A stretch of 64,000 nt of DNA from Selaginella moellendorffii (taxonomy: Eukaryota; Plantae; Lycopodiophyta), in contig NW_003314302.1 in assembly GCF_000143415.4 (NCBI RefSeq), forward strand, positions 327,182-391,181, in the 5' to 3' direction. The position numbers and the translations under genes are program-made. The stretch's first letter is position 1. Every line of letters begins with the position of its first letter. This document shows positions 51,301-64,000 of the stretch, in pieces. The notes beneath the pieces are model-generated. The model was given only the letters and a program-made list of their open reading frames with translations. It was not told the origin of the DNA and ran no database searches.

Positions 51301-53319
51301 TGCCGGGTCAACGCCATCCCATTGCATACATAAGCTGTACATTACAACCAGCGGAGATGAACTACTCCACTACGGAGAAGGAGTGTTTAGCAGCAGTCTG
51401 GGGTTTTGAGAAACTTCATGCCTATCTACATGGTTCTCGGACATTACTTGAAGGTGACCATGCTGCTGTTACTTCATTATTAAACCGGAAGAATCTGGTT
51501 GGTTGTACGGCTCGATGGGCTTTGAAGCTTCAGATATATGATTTCGATGTTGTTCATTGCCCAGGGAGTTCTATGGCTGATGCTGATGCCCTTTCTCGAG
51601 CTCCTCTTCCTTCTCCACTCACTTCTCATGTTTCTAACGAACCTGTTGTTCCAGCATCTGTAGATTTTCTAGATGAGGATTCTGTGCCGTCAGCGGTTGC
51701 TGTCCTTGACGTTCAGTGTCCACAAGGTGCAGAGCAAGATCTACCTTCTCTTGATGAGGTTCGTGAGGCTCAAAAGATTGAGCCGTGGATTCGGAGGCTT
51801 CGAGATGGGTTTGAGAATCTTGCATCACTTGCTGATGACTTGCCTTTCCGGCATTTACATTCTCAATATCGCCTTGACGATGGCCTTCTTTATTTTGTGG
51901 GGATGGATCCTGATGATCATTTACGGCTGGTGGTGCCTTCGGTGTTTATTCCGTAGTTTCTCCATGCCTACCATGATTCTCCTGTTCTAGGTGGGCATAT
52001 GGGACATCATCGTGTCACCAAGAAGCTGCGCAGGTCTTTCTATTGGCCGGAGATATGACGTGATATTATCCAGTATGTGCGTAGTTGCGTTTGGTGCCAA
52101 GCTTGTAATACTCCCCCTCGTGCTGCGGAAGGACGGTTGTAGTCAATTGCAGTTTCCCGTCCGTTTGAGTTAGTGGCGTTTGATATTATGGGACCTTTTC
52201 CACGGTTGACTGCTGGCAATGAGTATATTATTATTGCTTTTGACTACTTGACTCGTTGGGTGGAAGTTGGTGCTCTTGCTAGCGCCTCTGCAACTGCTGT
52301 TGGATACTTCCTCCTCAATCGAGTGGTGTTCCAGCATTCTTGTCCAGAGCGGATTCTTTCGGATAATGGTCCCGCATTTATAGCTGAGGCCTTTCATGTT
52401 TTGACGTCTCGGTTGGGGATATGCCACACTTTCACGAGTGCTTATCATCCACAATCAGATGGTTTGGTGGAATGGCTTGTTCGGACATTCAAAGGGATGA
52501 TTGCGAAGTATGTGAACTTTCAGCATTCGGATTGGGATGGTTATTTGCCGTCTCTTCGGTATGCATATGTTACAGGGGTGCAGAGTTCTGTTGGTGCTTC
52601 ACCATATAAACTCCTATATAGTCATGATCCAATATTACCAACGGAGCTGGGTTTACCTTCGCAATTGCCATGTGCTGCCGATGCTAAATCATGGGCTAAA
52701 TCAGTATTTGACGAGCATTCTTCCACTTGTCCGAGCAGAGTCTGCCGAACACTTAGGCCGTGTATAAGTGGGACAACAACGGCGCTACAACTCCCATCAT
52801 CGTCTACCTACGGAGTACAAAGTGGATGATTTGGTGTTAGTCTGTTTTCCCCATCTTACGGTATGTGGTTTATCTAAGGGGCTTCTTGCGTAATGGAAAG
52901 GACCGTATCGAGTGTTGCGACAAATTGGACCACAAGTTTATGAGGTTCGGCATGACGTTCAGTAGGCCGATCCTCCAGAGATTGTGCATGTGCAGCGGCT
53001 AAAACGCTTCGTACAAAGGGATCAGGAGGAGTTAATACCACCTACAGATCCACCGATGCCTCCTCCTGACATTCCTCTGGATCCCGGCCCATCTTCAAGA
53101 GAACCCTGATGGTCTTCCATTATCCCGAGAGGAGGGGATGATGTGAGGGCCAAGTGTACGGTTACGATGCCATATACTAATATTAGCGTAGTGGGATTTT
53201 GGTAGTCGTCGGATTGGTTTCAATCTGGACCACTCGCTCCTGTATATAAGCTAGGGTTTTTTGGGCTAATGGATATATGCACATTTCTGTATTCCCTTTC
53301 CATATTCCAAGCACTCACA
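48304..53319 (+). mobile_element. Full-length, inactivated Ty3/gypsy LTR retrotransposon copy B (non-chromovirus)
   Basis: LTRs 48304-48481 and 53142-53319 (178 bp, TG...CA, 8 differences); TSD ATAT; PBS TGGTGGAGATG; PPT GAGAGGAGGGGATGA. Gag 48709-49641 with CCHC knuckle, then PR-RT-RH-INT with internal stops; no chromodomain seen. Confidence 0.96.
49617..49680 (+). promoter_or_regulatory. -1 programmed ribosomal frameshift signal: G GGA AAC plus predicted H-type pseudoknot
   Basis: Heptamer 49617-49623 in the gag frame; pol is open in the -1 frame; stem 1 pairs 49630-49638 with 49651-49659; stem 2 pairs 49641-49648 with 49673-49680. Confidence 0.8.
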
Positions 53320-53563
53320 ATATTATATATTTATATGTTTTAAAATAGAAAAATAGACTTTTATGTCAAACCATTTAACACTTACTAAAGAGGGGTGATT
53401 ACATGGCTCCATATGTGGTAGTAATGGTGGTTTGATAAGGGAAGACCTTAATAGCAATCTATTGGGCCGCCAGCAAAGAATTATATTCGCCGCAAGAAAT
53501 CTGGCAGCGGTCTCCTCCAGCGCCAGCGGCGTGGGTCATTTCTTGGGAATCTCCTGGGAGCCG

Positions 53564-53943
53564 ATGTCGCCGCCACTGCCAGTGCAAGCTCCTCCACAGC
53601 CGCAGCACCAGCAGCAGCATTTCGTGAGGGATCATCACGCGCATCTCCAGTATCTGGCTCACAATCTCCATGCCAATCCTCCTCCTCACGACCCGCTGGC
53701 GTCTTCTTCTTTCAAGCATCTCTTGTCTTCTTGCTCCATGGCTATGGCGAGAATTCCTAGCGATCTCGGACAGCAGCACGATCACCCCCAACGCTGGCAA
53801 GAAAGCGATCGGGGGGATCATCGTGAGGATGGCAGCGGCGAGTGGCCCAGCGACGAGGCAAGGGCCTTGATCAAGATTCGCGGAGACATGGAGTCGAGTT
53901 TCCAGAGGGGCTCCCATCCCCATCTCTGGGAAGAGATCGCAAG
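53564..53943 (+). CDS. Trihelix (GT-2-like) transcription factor, first coding exon only
   Basis: Q/H/P-rich N-terminus, then WPSDEARALIKIRGDMESSF...LWEEIAR followed by donor GTATG; downstream exons were not found in the window. Confidence 0.75.
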
Positions 53944-56900
53944 GTATGTGGATAGCTTGCATTCATGGTTTTAGCCCTAAGATTTTGCTTGGTACAAGCT
54001 CCTGGATTTGTGGAAGCATTTTAAGTTTCTGGAAGGGGTGCGTGTGGTGATACACATGAGCTCCATAGGGTTTGGAACGAGTGCATAAATATAGCACACA
54101 TCACCACTCGACTATAGGTAGTGTTCGAAAAAGACTTTGGCCACTATGCCCTATGCATGTGGGAAATGCTAAACTCTATGTGGAGTGTGCTACATAATAA
54201 TATATATGGCTAGTGTATCCTTGGGACAGTGTAGGTTGGCACTAGGTATATGCATCACACACTCTTTGTAAAATTAGAGACAATTACCAATAATTTATGC
54301 ACAGGCTTAAGCACAAAGCAAGTGTGCAAGGGCAATTGAGTTGGATCTTGGACACAAGGATCTGAAACATCAAGATCTCACTATATGTAGCATGTAAGGC
54401 ATGTTTTATCACCCCTTTCAAAGTCTTATGTATTGCCATCCACCACCAATTAGCTATCAATAATCCACAATACAAGTATAACTGTGGGAAGAGTTGATAC
54501 ATCACTCTAAACATTGAAGTGAAACCTATGTACTCAAACTCATATAATTGTTATAGAGAAAATAAAAGAACACATAGTATGTGGCACATAGCATGTGACA
54601 TGTGGCATATATCCACTTCGTAATTATCCTATTATAAATCATTATGGGATAAAGAGTGAAAACTACATGCACTACAAGTGGAGATTTTGAGGTAGCTCGG
54701 GCATGCGTGGGCGGTGAAGAACTTCAAGAAGAGGTGTAATATAATCTAGATAGACTAGATCTTTGTCTTTTAGCATCAAATTTTAACACCATATTAATAT
54801 AACATGTTAGATTGCTAGAGAATATGCCTGGCAAGCCTACCATATAGGTATATATGATGTCACACAAAATTTAGTAAGAGTTTTTCTCTTTCATACTACA
54901 CTTTTTCCTATTTAGCTGAGAACAACAGCTTTCCTAGTCTTGGCTACTCTTCTTTTGCATGTGGGCAACTGTGGTAGGTGGGAGCTTGATCAAACAAGCT
55001 CTCACTCAGAAGGTCTTGGATGGAGGCCTTTTGGTCCATATAGGTAGTGGTAGGTGTGACATAGGCATTTATGCATAAGCAAATAAGATCTAAAGCATAT
55101 AAGTAGTTTTGTTCATTAAGGTTTGAGTGAGAGCTCTTTGGGGAGAGGTGTCTATCATTGCAAACTTGATTAACTCTCCTTCTTTTATGTGAGTTCTTGG
55201 TAGGGTGTTTTACTATCCCTATATAACATTGGTGTTGTTCTTGCATGTGAGGATACAAGCTCTCAAGAGACATGTTTAACTTGAACTTCAGCACACAATA
55301 TATCAGAATGTTGCGATTTATGTTTTGTTTCATGCATGTTTCTCCAAATGAGGGTTTCTCCAAGTGAAGTAAGCTTTCCTTTGTTTGGCTTTTTTTTTTT
55401 TGGCATAGCAGTGTAGTGATTGCAAAGCATTGAAACACTATAATGTAAGTAAGTGATTGTAATGATTACCCATATGTCTAAGGACAGTGGAGTAAAATTT
55501 GAATTTCAGGACCTTAAGCCACTAAACAAAGGGACAGAGTGAAACTCCCAAGGTTGTAGCCAAGGAGCGAAGGAACCGAAGCATGAAACAACTCTTGAGC
55601 ATTCAGCCTAATGAGCAAAGGGACAGGAGCACAAAATAACTTGGAACAATCGAGTATCCAACATCCTAATGCTAGGACTAGCACATAACACAGAGCCAAG
55701 TAGAGTCTAGCACTATTTGAGCATACATGTGGCTTAATGCAAGGATATGGGTACTCCATTATCTAGCATGGTATAGAGCTTAGGCTTAAACCTAAGTTGA
55801 ACGCAGAACAAAGACAGATATGTAAGTGGGACCTAGATTTATTTAGAATTAAGCTAAACATTCATAAGTTAAGCTTCATAATGCAAAAGCTAATGAAGAG
55901 TATATCTACATCAATCTAAAATATAAATATAATGAAACTATGCTTAACAAATGATCCTCTATGAATCTATCTTCCATGTCAAAATGTAACTCCATAGCAA
56001 ACACAAAAAGAATCATTAATGATCAATATTCTTAATGCAAAGCTAATAAGGAACCAACAAATTTAATATTAACCACCTACTCTTCTATTTGTAGAGCTAA
56101 TATAGACCATGATTTTCAAGAAAAAGTCAAAGTTCAACCCTTACTAAATAATTTTATCTCAAATACAACTAACTTAACTTGCCACTCAACTCATTTAAAT
56201 GTCAATATAGTTGCTAACTAGTAAATGCATGAATATCAATAACATAAAGGTCAAGCCAAATCATCAACATCATCCTTATCGAAACTAACCAAACCGAAAT
56301 GATCTCAAATACTAAATATAGTACTTTTTGGTTAATTTGATTGTAAGAAAGCTTTGAGTAGTGATTCACTCTTGCTTTCTGTTAGCTTTGTTATGGTGTT
56401 GATAATATTGAAATGATGCTATGGTATTAATATTATTGGAGTTGAGATTGAAATGAGATGGGACATACTCAACTCTAGATAACACTTCATTAAGGAGTGA
56501 ATCACCACATCCAAGACTCAATGAAATCCAACATCACGAGCTAAATGCAACCAAACAATATTAACAAAGATGGAATTAATATGCTAATATAGAAAAAGTT
56601 ATAAAAGCCCAAGAACACAATCCTCTATAATATTATTGTAAGCGATTAAATTTTCTATTCTACTTTAGTCACTTAACCACACTTTGACCGCTTTGAGGAG
56701 TCTCACTTACAACCTTCATAAATCATATTCTCGACTTAGGGACATGCTAGCCCCGTGAATAGCATCTATGCCACTTAGCATTTGTAGTTGGTCTAAGTGC
56801 TCCACATGTTTGATCTTATAATAGTCACCCCAAAGGTATTACTAACTTATTAGCCTGTTACACTAAAGCCATGCCCATTCACCCTTGCTAGTTTGGTAGT

Positions 56901-57599
56901 TCAAGACCACCTGCGTCACAGTCTCATCTTTCAAGGACTAGGCCCTTCGTTCATGAGTGGTCATCCCTTGACCACATCTTAACATCTTTAGAATGCCTAA
57001 AGACATAAGGAATACCCTTCTTTAATATCCCTTCTTCAGTTCCCACTAAGTCCCTTTCCATCCGTGGCCGTGCTCACTAACACCATCACTAGGTTAGAAC
57101 TCTAAGGCCTAACGATTAAGTCCTACTAACCTCTGGGACTTCCTCACTTTGTGACTATATCCTTTGTCACTACACAAGAGGATTACTCTTTTTCCTTTTC
57201 ACAGTCTGAAACACCATATCCCTACACAAGCCTTGTAGGTACTTTCCCCATCTTCCACCTTTGGGTGCCCTAGCCATGTAGCTAGAGTGAGGTTTTGATA
57301 AACCACGCTAGGTATCCAAGTGGGTAGTGCCACCCACACTTGGATTGGGACCATTAACCATTAGATATCTCGGAAGAGCTAGAGCCAACTCTTGGACACT
57401 TCACCAAGTTACTTCACTTGTTCATCAATGTTCATTCTATCCTTAATGAATATCATTACTCACAACATGAGTATAACCTTCTTTAGTCACATTAACCTTT
57501 CCTAGCTAAATTGATTCCACTAGAATCCTCCCCCCTACTATCCTTTTGGAACTCACCAAACCCCCATAGAGTTTGGGAGATGATCGTTTTGGGTTTTCA

Positions 57600-58175
57600 C
57601 CCTTAGACTCGGACTCGGACTCGATCTTGGTCTCAACTTTGGTCTTGGTCTTAGTCTTAGTCTCCATCTTAGTCCCGGTCTCGGTCTTGGTCTTAATTTT
57701 GGTCTTGGTTTCAGTCTTGGTCCCGGTCTCAGACTCTATCTTAAACTCCATTTCAAACTCCTTCTCTCACTCTATCCCAGACTCCTTTTCGAATTCCATC
57801 TTGGATTCCATCTCAAACTCCTTCTTGGATTCCTTCTCGGACTCTAACTTGGACTCCTTCTCGAACTCCATCTTGGACTCCTTCTCAAACTCCATTTTTG
57901 ACTCCTTCTTGAACCCCAACTTGGATTCCTTCTCGAACTTCAACTTGGACTTTTTCTCGGACTCTATCTTGGACTCCTTCTCAGACTCCATTTTGGACTC
58001 TTTCTTGGACTCTAACTTAGACTCCTTCTCGGACTCCATCTTGGGCTCCTTCTTGGACTCCATTTCGGACACTTTCTCAAATTCCTTCTCGGACTTCATT
58101 TTGGACTCTTTTTCGGACTCCATTTCGGATTCTTTATCGAATTCCTTCTCAAATTCCATCTTAGACTCCTTAAAT
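57600..58175. repeat. Degenerate 6/12/24 bp tandem array (GACTCCTTCTCG/GACTCCATCTTG) inside a dispersed repeat
   Basis: Periodic sequence producing low-complexity ORFs on both strands; related short stretch at about 61040-61110. Confidence 0.85.
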
Positions 58176-59739
58176 TCAATCCCAACACTTCCATATATCA
58201 CAACAATTGCATTCTTGTATCCTTTTTTAAAGATTTATTCACCAATCACTTTGTGTTTATTCCTTACACACTTTGTTTAGAGTTCCATTCCTACTTTCGA
58301 CTTTCCGAGTTAGAGCTTTTGGTCTAAACATGTTATGCTTGTTAGACTTCTGCATCAACCACTATTATGTTGCATACTTTTGGCTCCACTTTGGGGCTTA
58401 GAGATTTGTGTCTCACAACTCCATCACTTATAGATGAAGTTTGATGTCCTTATCGAATGATAAACTATTTTATAAAATAATTCTGTCATGGATTATTATT
58501 TTCATCCTTAGCACCAAATTAATATTCTTTAATGGTTCAACACCGAAGGCTCACCATGTCTTGCCCATCCTCTAAGGAGTATAGTCTTTCCAATTTAGAG
58601 TCTCATTAAATTATATATAGTGGTTCTCTCCTTTTGTTTGTTTAGTTTTTGCTAAATCTGTTACAGACACTTTTCTCTATCTCAATCTTATTATTTATTC
58701 CAAAGTAATTTCTACCTCTATCAATATCACCATCATACTTTAGAACTTTGATATTAACTTCTCGAGTTAATTTTCTCGGTGCCTCCAACACTTTGTATTG
58801 CACATGTTATGCAAACTCCACTTCTCCATCCTAGAAAGTTCTTTACTTGAGGGCACTATCATCCTTTTTTTTATTTCATGTATGCACTAAGTTTCAATTA
58901 TCTATATTTGTGCTAGGGCCCTCTATGGCCCTAGTATTAATTTACTTTACAACTTTATTTCTTATAGCTTTCACCTTTACCACATTGGAGCATTTGGGAA
59001 ATCCATCCTTAAAAACATATTTCCTTTCCCACAATCCATTAACATCCATAACATAAGTGTTCTTTGCCTAATTATCATTTGGATTTTTTTCAATAATTTC
59101 TATAGTCCATTCTAGGCCACTAATCTTTTGCTCTTATCCTTTGATTTTTACACTAAACAACATAGAATCACTATTTCTATTCTTGAAGTATCTTTTCAAC
59201 TCCATAATAAAGGTTTTACTTTGCCAAATCTAGAAGGTGTTCACAGTCTCTTTTACCATTTTTTGCTAGGGGCTCTATCTATAGCCCAACTTTGTGACCC
59301 TTCTATAGATTTTTCCTTAGAGATTACTTTTTTAGACTCATTATGCCATTGCATTGTCACAATTCATTTCTATTCATTTAATTACCTTGACCAAGTCTCA
59401 CCATTACTAATAGTTCAAACTAACACTTTGAACTAGGAACACCATTCTTTAACCTACCAAGGAGCTTATCCTTGATTATTACTTAGTGATCCCACATAAA
59501 CATCTTAATAGGTTTACTAATAGAGACCTTTAAGTTATTGATTACGACCCCAAGGGCATCCCCCACACTTGGCGGTATGCCTAAGCCAACCCTTTTGGCC
59601 AAGGGTCCATGACAATTGAGATTGGGTATCCCCATCTTATTCACTATGTCCTTGGTGCCACTTGCACCAGAGTGTTCAAATTAAATATGCGAACTTTTTA
59701 CACTAAACACTTTAACTATGCATCATGATTCTAAGACAT

Positions 59740-60324
59740 TGTAAGTTTATGAGTTTGGACTTCCCAGGAGGTCACCCAACCTAATACTATTCAAATCCAA
59801 TGACACTTAACTCCAACTATCCCAAAACCCTTAATCAATTGGAAAAGGGGATGCACTCTTATTCATGGGCCCTTTCCTTCTATATTTGAACCCCTATGGA
59901 TCGTCTCTCAAGTCGTTCCCTTTAGTTGCTTACAATCCACCATGTTTCTCTGCAAGTTCATGCCCTCGTGAACGAAAGCTGAGAGCTACAGCTCTTTTGA
60001 GAGCCCCACTCTCTTGACACCCTTCGAGCTCAGCAGGAGCAAACTGAACTAGCCAGATGTCAATCAACATGTGGTGTGATTCCTTTAGCCAACCAACAGA
60101 GTCGGACCCAAGACCACTCCAATACCAAATGTAAGCTCTTGAGTTTGGACTTCCCAGGAGGTCACTTAACCCAGTACTATTCAAACCCAAAGACATTTAA
60201 CTCTAATTATCCCAAGACCCTTAACCAATTGGAAAAAGGGGTGCACTCTTATTCATGGACCCTTTTCTTCTATATTTGAACCCCTATGGATCGTCTCTCA
60301 AGTCTTTCCCTTTGGTTGCTTATA
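59740..60324 (-). mobile_element. Complete Cassandra-type TRIM, 585 bp
   Basis: LTRs 59740-59934 and 60130-60324, each with a 5S-like segment; 195 bp internal region; degenerate iMet PBS at 60116-60127; TSD GACAT/GATAT. Confidence 0.92.
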
Positions 60325-63300
60325 GATATACTCTATTTGGTAGTGTGCCCAAACCAGCCTCTTTACTGAAAGTTTATGACCATTGAAAGATGAGTGTCTT
60401 TATATTCTAAACCATCACTACACCCTAGTATATTAAGACTCGAACTAAAGCACTAGAGGGTTAGAACTCAAACCCAACTTTTGTATATACATTTATGGAT
60501 GGCATCATCTAGAATGCTTGATATGACTCTCTATGCTGGTGCACTAATTTATACCTAATACACACTACAGATCACAAATTAAACACTTAGTTCCTTTGAG
60601 CTTCCAAGTTCTCTCATTTAATAAATTAGTTGATCAGCTTGTGATCATACATGGACTCCTCCATGCTTAGCCCTATGGGCCACTTTTTTTGAAGTTAACA
60701 CCTTCAATTAGGGTTTTTGTTCCTCCGACTTGCCAATAGAGCATCCAATATTTCAATGCAAAAAATAGCATACAAAATGAAGCCAAATAGAGTTTCATGT
60801 TATTTCAGTATACTAATGGCCTAACGTGAGGATATAAGTACTTCACCAACTAACATAGTATGGAATTTGGGTTTAAACTCAAGCCAAATGTAGAACAAAG
60901 ATAGGCATGCAAGCAGGACATAGACTATGCCTAAAATTGGCTAGCCATGTCTAACCTATCCACTATCCTTACTATAGTTCAGTTCTATCTTTTTATTATT
61001 AGTTTTTGGCATTATACGTTCCTCTCGGTCATTTTGCATTTTGGATTCTATCTCAGATTCCTTTTTGGACTCCTTCTTGAACTACATCTCGGACTTCTCA
61101 AACTTGGTCTTAACACTTCATGACATTTGCTACATATCAATCCTTCTTGTGTCCCTTTCTAGAGACTTATTCATCAATCACTTTATGTTCATTCCCCAAG
61201 CATTTTTTTTGGAGTTCCATTCTCATTCTCAACTTTTTGAGTTGAAGCTTTTGGTCCAAATATATTATGCTTGCTAGACTTCCACATCAACCACTACCAA
61301 CTTTGGGGCTTAGGGATTTATGTCTCATAGAAGTCAAACTCGCAAACTTGCAACTAAGAAGTGAAGGAATTAGAGCACGGAGTGACTCTTGAGCGTTCAT
61401 CCCAAGGAGCAAAGGGATAAAAGCACAAAGTAATGTTAGAATAGTCCTAAAGTATCAAATATCCCAATGCCAAAGTTAGCATGCAAAATAGAGCCAAATA
61501 GAGTTTGGCACTATTTTAGTATATTAAAGGCCTAACGCAAAGATATGGGTATTACACCAGCTAGCATGGTATGGAGTTTGGGCTTAAACCCAAGCCAGAC
61601 ATAGAACAAAGATACACATGCAAGTAAAACCTAGACTATGCCTTAGGTTAGTTGGCCATACCTAACCTACCACTATCCCTAATATACATTTAGAACCCTC
61701 CACCTCCTCTATTTAACAAGAAGGTAACACACTAGGTATAATATATAGAAACACAGATAAGTATGGATAAAATAACTATTCAAATCGTATTCAACTCCAA
61801 TAAGCCCACTAATATGTATAGCTAACAACTCTAAGCATAATCAAAGAGGCTAGCTATACATGATCAACACTCGGCCAAAACTAAAGTGAAAATTAAGAGA
61901 TAAATTCATATGGTACACAACCTCCTAATAGACAAAGCTTTAGTATAGGTATTAACATAAAAGAACTGAAGTATAAAGCAACTCTTGAGTGTTCAACCCA
62001 AGGAGCAAAGGGGATGGGAGCACAAAGCAATGTTGGAATAGTCCTAGAGCATCTAACATCTAATGCCAAAAGCAATATATAAAATGAAGCTAAATTAAAT
62101 TTGGTGCTATATCAACATACTGATGGCTTAGCTCGAGGATATGAGTACTCCATCAGGTAGTATGGTATAGAGCTTGGGCTTAAACTCACACTAGGTGCAA
62201 AACAAAGATATGCATGCAAGCAAGACCTAGATTACACTTTAAGTTAGTTAGCCATACCTAACCTATCCACTATCCTTACTATACATTTGGCAACAACCCT
62301 CGCACCCCCCCCCTAAAAGTTAGTCTCTGGGACAATTATACAAAAACTTTCTAAATATGGAATGGTGCTAAATTGCGCATTTGAATATGAGACCAACACC
62401 ATTGTGATCATAATCTTTACAGATATGCCCAACTAACAAATCTAGACACTTTTCATAAATAGCCAATGAGATATATGGCATAATAGCGAGAGTATTTTGG
62501 TGCATATGGTAAGTTATCATTTTGCGAATATTAAGGGAATAAGCTCAATATTGCACGGGGTTATCAACATTAGCAAGTGGAAGCTAACAACATAAGTCTC
62601 ATCACCAGGTCAAGTATGCTTCACTAAATGACAATTTAAGATTTCTTTCTTTAGTGCCTTTTTGGTGTAAATGCACATGTGGTGACTAGCTTCTCAACTA
62701 ACTTAGATGGAGAAGGGTCAAGTAATACCAACTTTACACCATCGTAGCAATAAGGAAAGAATATCTGAAAGGATTTTTTGGTAAATAACTGTCAATACCC
62801 ACAATTACATTCACAACACCATTGCACCACTTTAGGGCAGGCTTTTGTTCCATAGCCTTAATATACCCTTGAGCTTCCCTTTGACCCATGTTGACCATGT
62901 GGTAAAAATTGGACATGTGGCAGGACTCCATGGTATACCTATAGAATTCAAATCACATTTTGGTTCTTTAAGGCAATCAAAATGTTATAATATAATATAC
63001 TATTTTTACTTTATGTCTTACTATATGTTAAAAAGGTCAAGATTACCATAGCCAATACCCACATTGCACAATCTTAACTTAAGCTTATATATGCTTGCAA
63101 ATGATGTGGGGTATAGTATTGAAGACTAAAAGGGACCAAAAGAGTGATAAAATAATCAATTTGCATCTATTGCATTATAGTCTCATGCTTTTGTTGGCTG
63201 TTACAAGACCCTAAAAAACATTAAGGGTAAGTTAAAAGAATGATGTTCCAAGAAATCCAATTGGCATCATCTATATATATAAAGCAATAGTGGGGAGGTC

Positions 63301-64000
63301 CACTAGCAGTTGGATCCTAGGCTTGGGCTAGGATCAATTTGCATGGTTGCACGAGAAAGTTTTCTGATGTTAGCCTTGGCCAATGGGAGATCACCACAGC
63401 TCTGGTGCTCATTGGCTTTGAGCAAGGCAAAACAGGCATTTGACATATGTCACCAGTGGTGTCTTGCCCCCGTGCCCATTCTTTTTAGCTTGCCCTAGAT
63501 GCCCTGCTGCAATCAAGCTAACACTTGCTTGCTGGATCAGTGGCAATCATAGCAATTGTGCTTCTTCCTGCAAAGATCTGTGTTCAACGTAGGTCCAACG
63601 GCCACTAATTTGGCCCCCAACCACAACAATCTAGATTTTTGTGTGCTGTGGAAATTTGAGACATCTTCATTTGGGTTTGTGGATGCCATTGAGCAGCAAA
63701 GCTGGAGCTAGAGCCAACCTTCATGGCCAGAACCATTAGAGAGTTTGCAGTCCCTATCCTTCTCCAAGAGAGAACAAGCCCAATGTGAGTTCTCAAACTT
63801 GCAAACCCTACCCACCTCTCATGGCTCAAGTGTCATTATATTTTAAAAAGCACGGGAGGCTTTTTGAGTGCTCACCACGCCTTGGAAAAGGTGTGCTAGT
63901 AGATTAGTCTCTTTTGTTTACAGCTTAAGGTGTATATAGATATAGATTGTGCTCTCACTATATAGTCTTTGATTTTTTTTTATTTTTATTTTTTTTCTAG

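Larger units (their letters stand above)
55540..62290. repeat. Four degenerate copies of a ~300 bp LTR-like repeat (about 55540-55850, 60735-60980, 61365-61690, 61965-62286)
   Basis: Shared blocks GAGCAAAGGGA..AGCACAAA, CTAGCATGGTAT.GAG.TTGGGCTTAAAC, AGAACAAAGA, CCTAACCTATCCACTATCC. Confidence 0.75.

Noticed and set aside
57573-58280. 235 aa and 144 aa low-complexity proteins
   Set aside because: Products of a tandem nucleotide repeat inside a decayed TE; no evidence of genuine genes.

Overview
Land-plant nuclear DNA, most likely a lycophyte such as Selaginella. This is inferred from the 50-170 bp GT-AG introns, GC-rich exons, very short intergenic spacers, PLS-class PPR genes and a Ure2p/Nu-class GST. 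Layout: (1) 1-12 kb is AT-rich decayed TE sequence with 5S-bearing Cassandra-type TRIM copies and an intronless secreted bulb-type lectin gene. (2) 12-19 kb is a compact gene cluster: TFIIF-beta, a CDPK, MPC1 and a PLS-DYW PPR. (3) 20-27.5 kb holds a TPR-SET pseudogene and a 3'-truncated Ty3/gypsy element. (4) 27.6-48.2 kb is a large inverted duplication. Each arm carries a GST and a PLS-E PPR, and the spacer is a second TPR-SET pseudogene. The right arm also contains a 5.5 kb segment absent from the left arm, with a head-to-head pair of an apparently active papain-like protease and a myristoylation-motif, catalytically dead papain-fold protein, plus a lectin pseudogene. (5) 48.3-53.3 kb is a full-length Ty3/gypsy element with 178 bp LTRs, a 4 bp TSD, a tRNA-Ala PBS and a -1 frameshift signal with a predicted pseudoknot. 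(6) A trihelix TF first exon is followed by about 10 kb of TE debris, including a complete Cassandra element. All comparisons were made by eye; no database searches were run.
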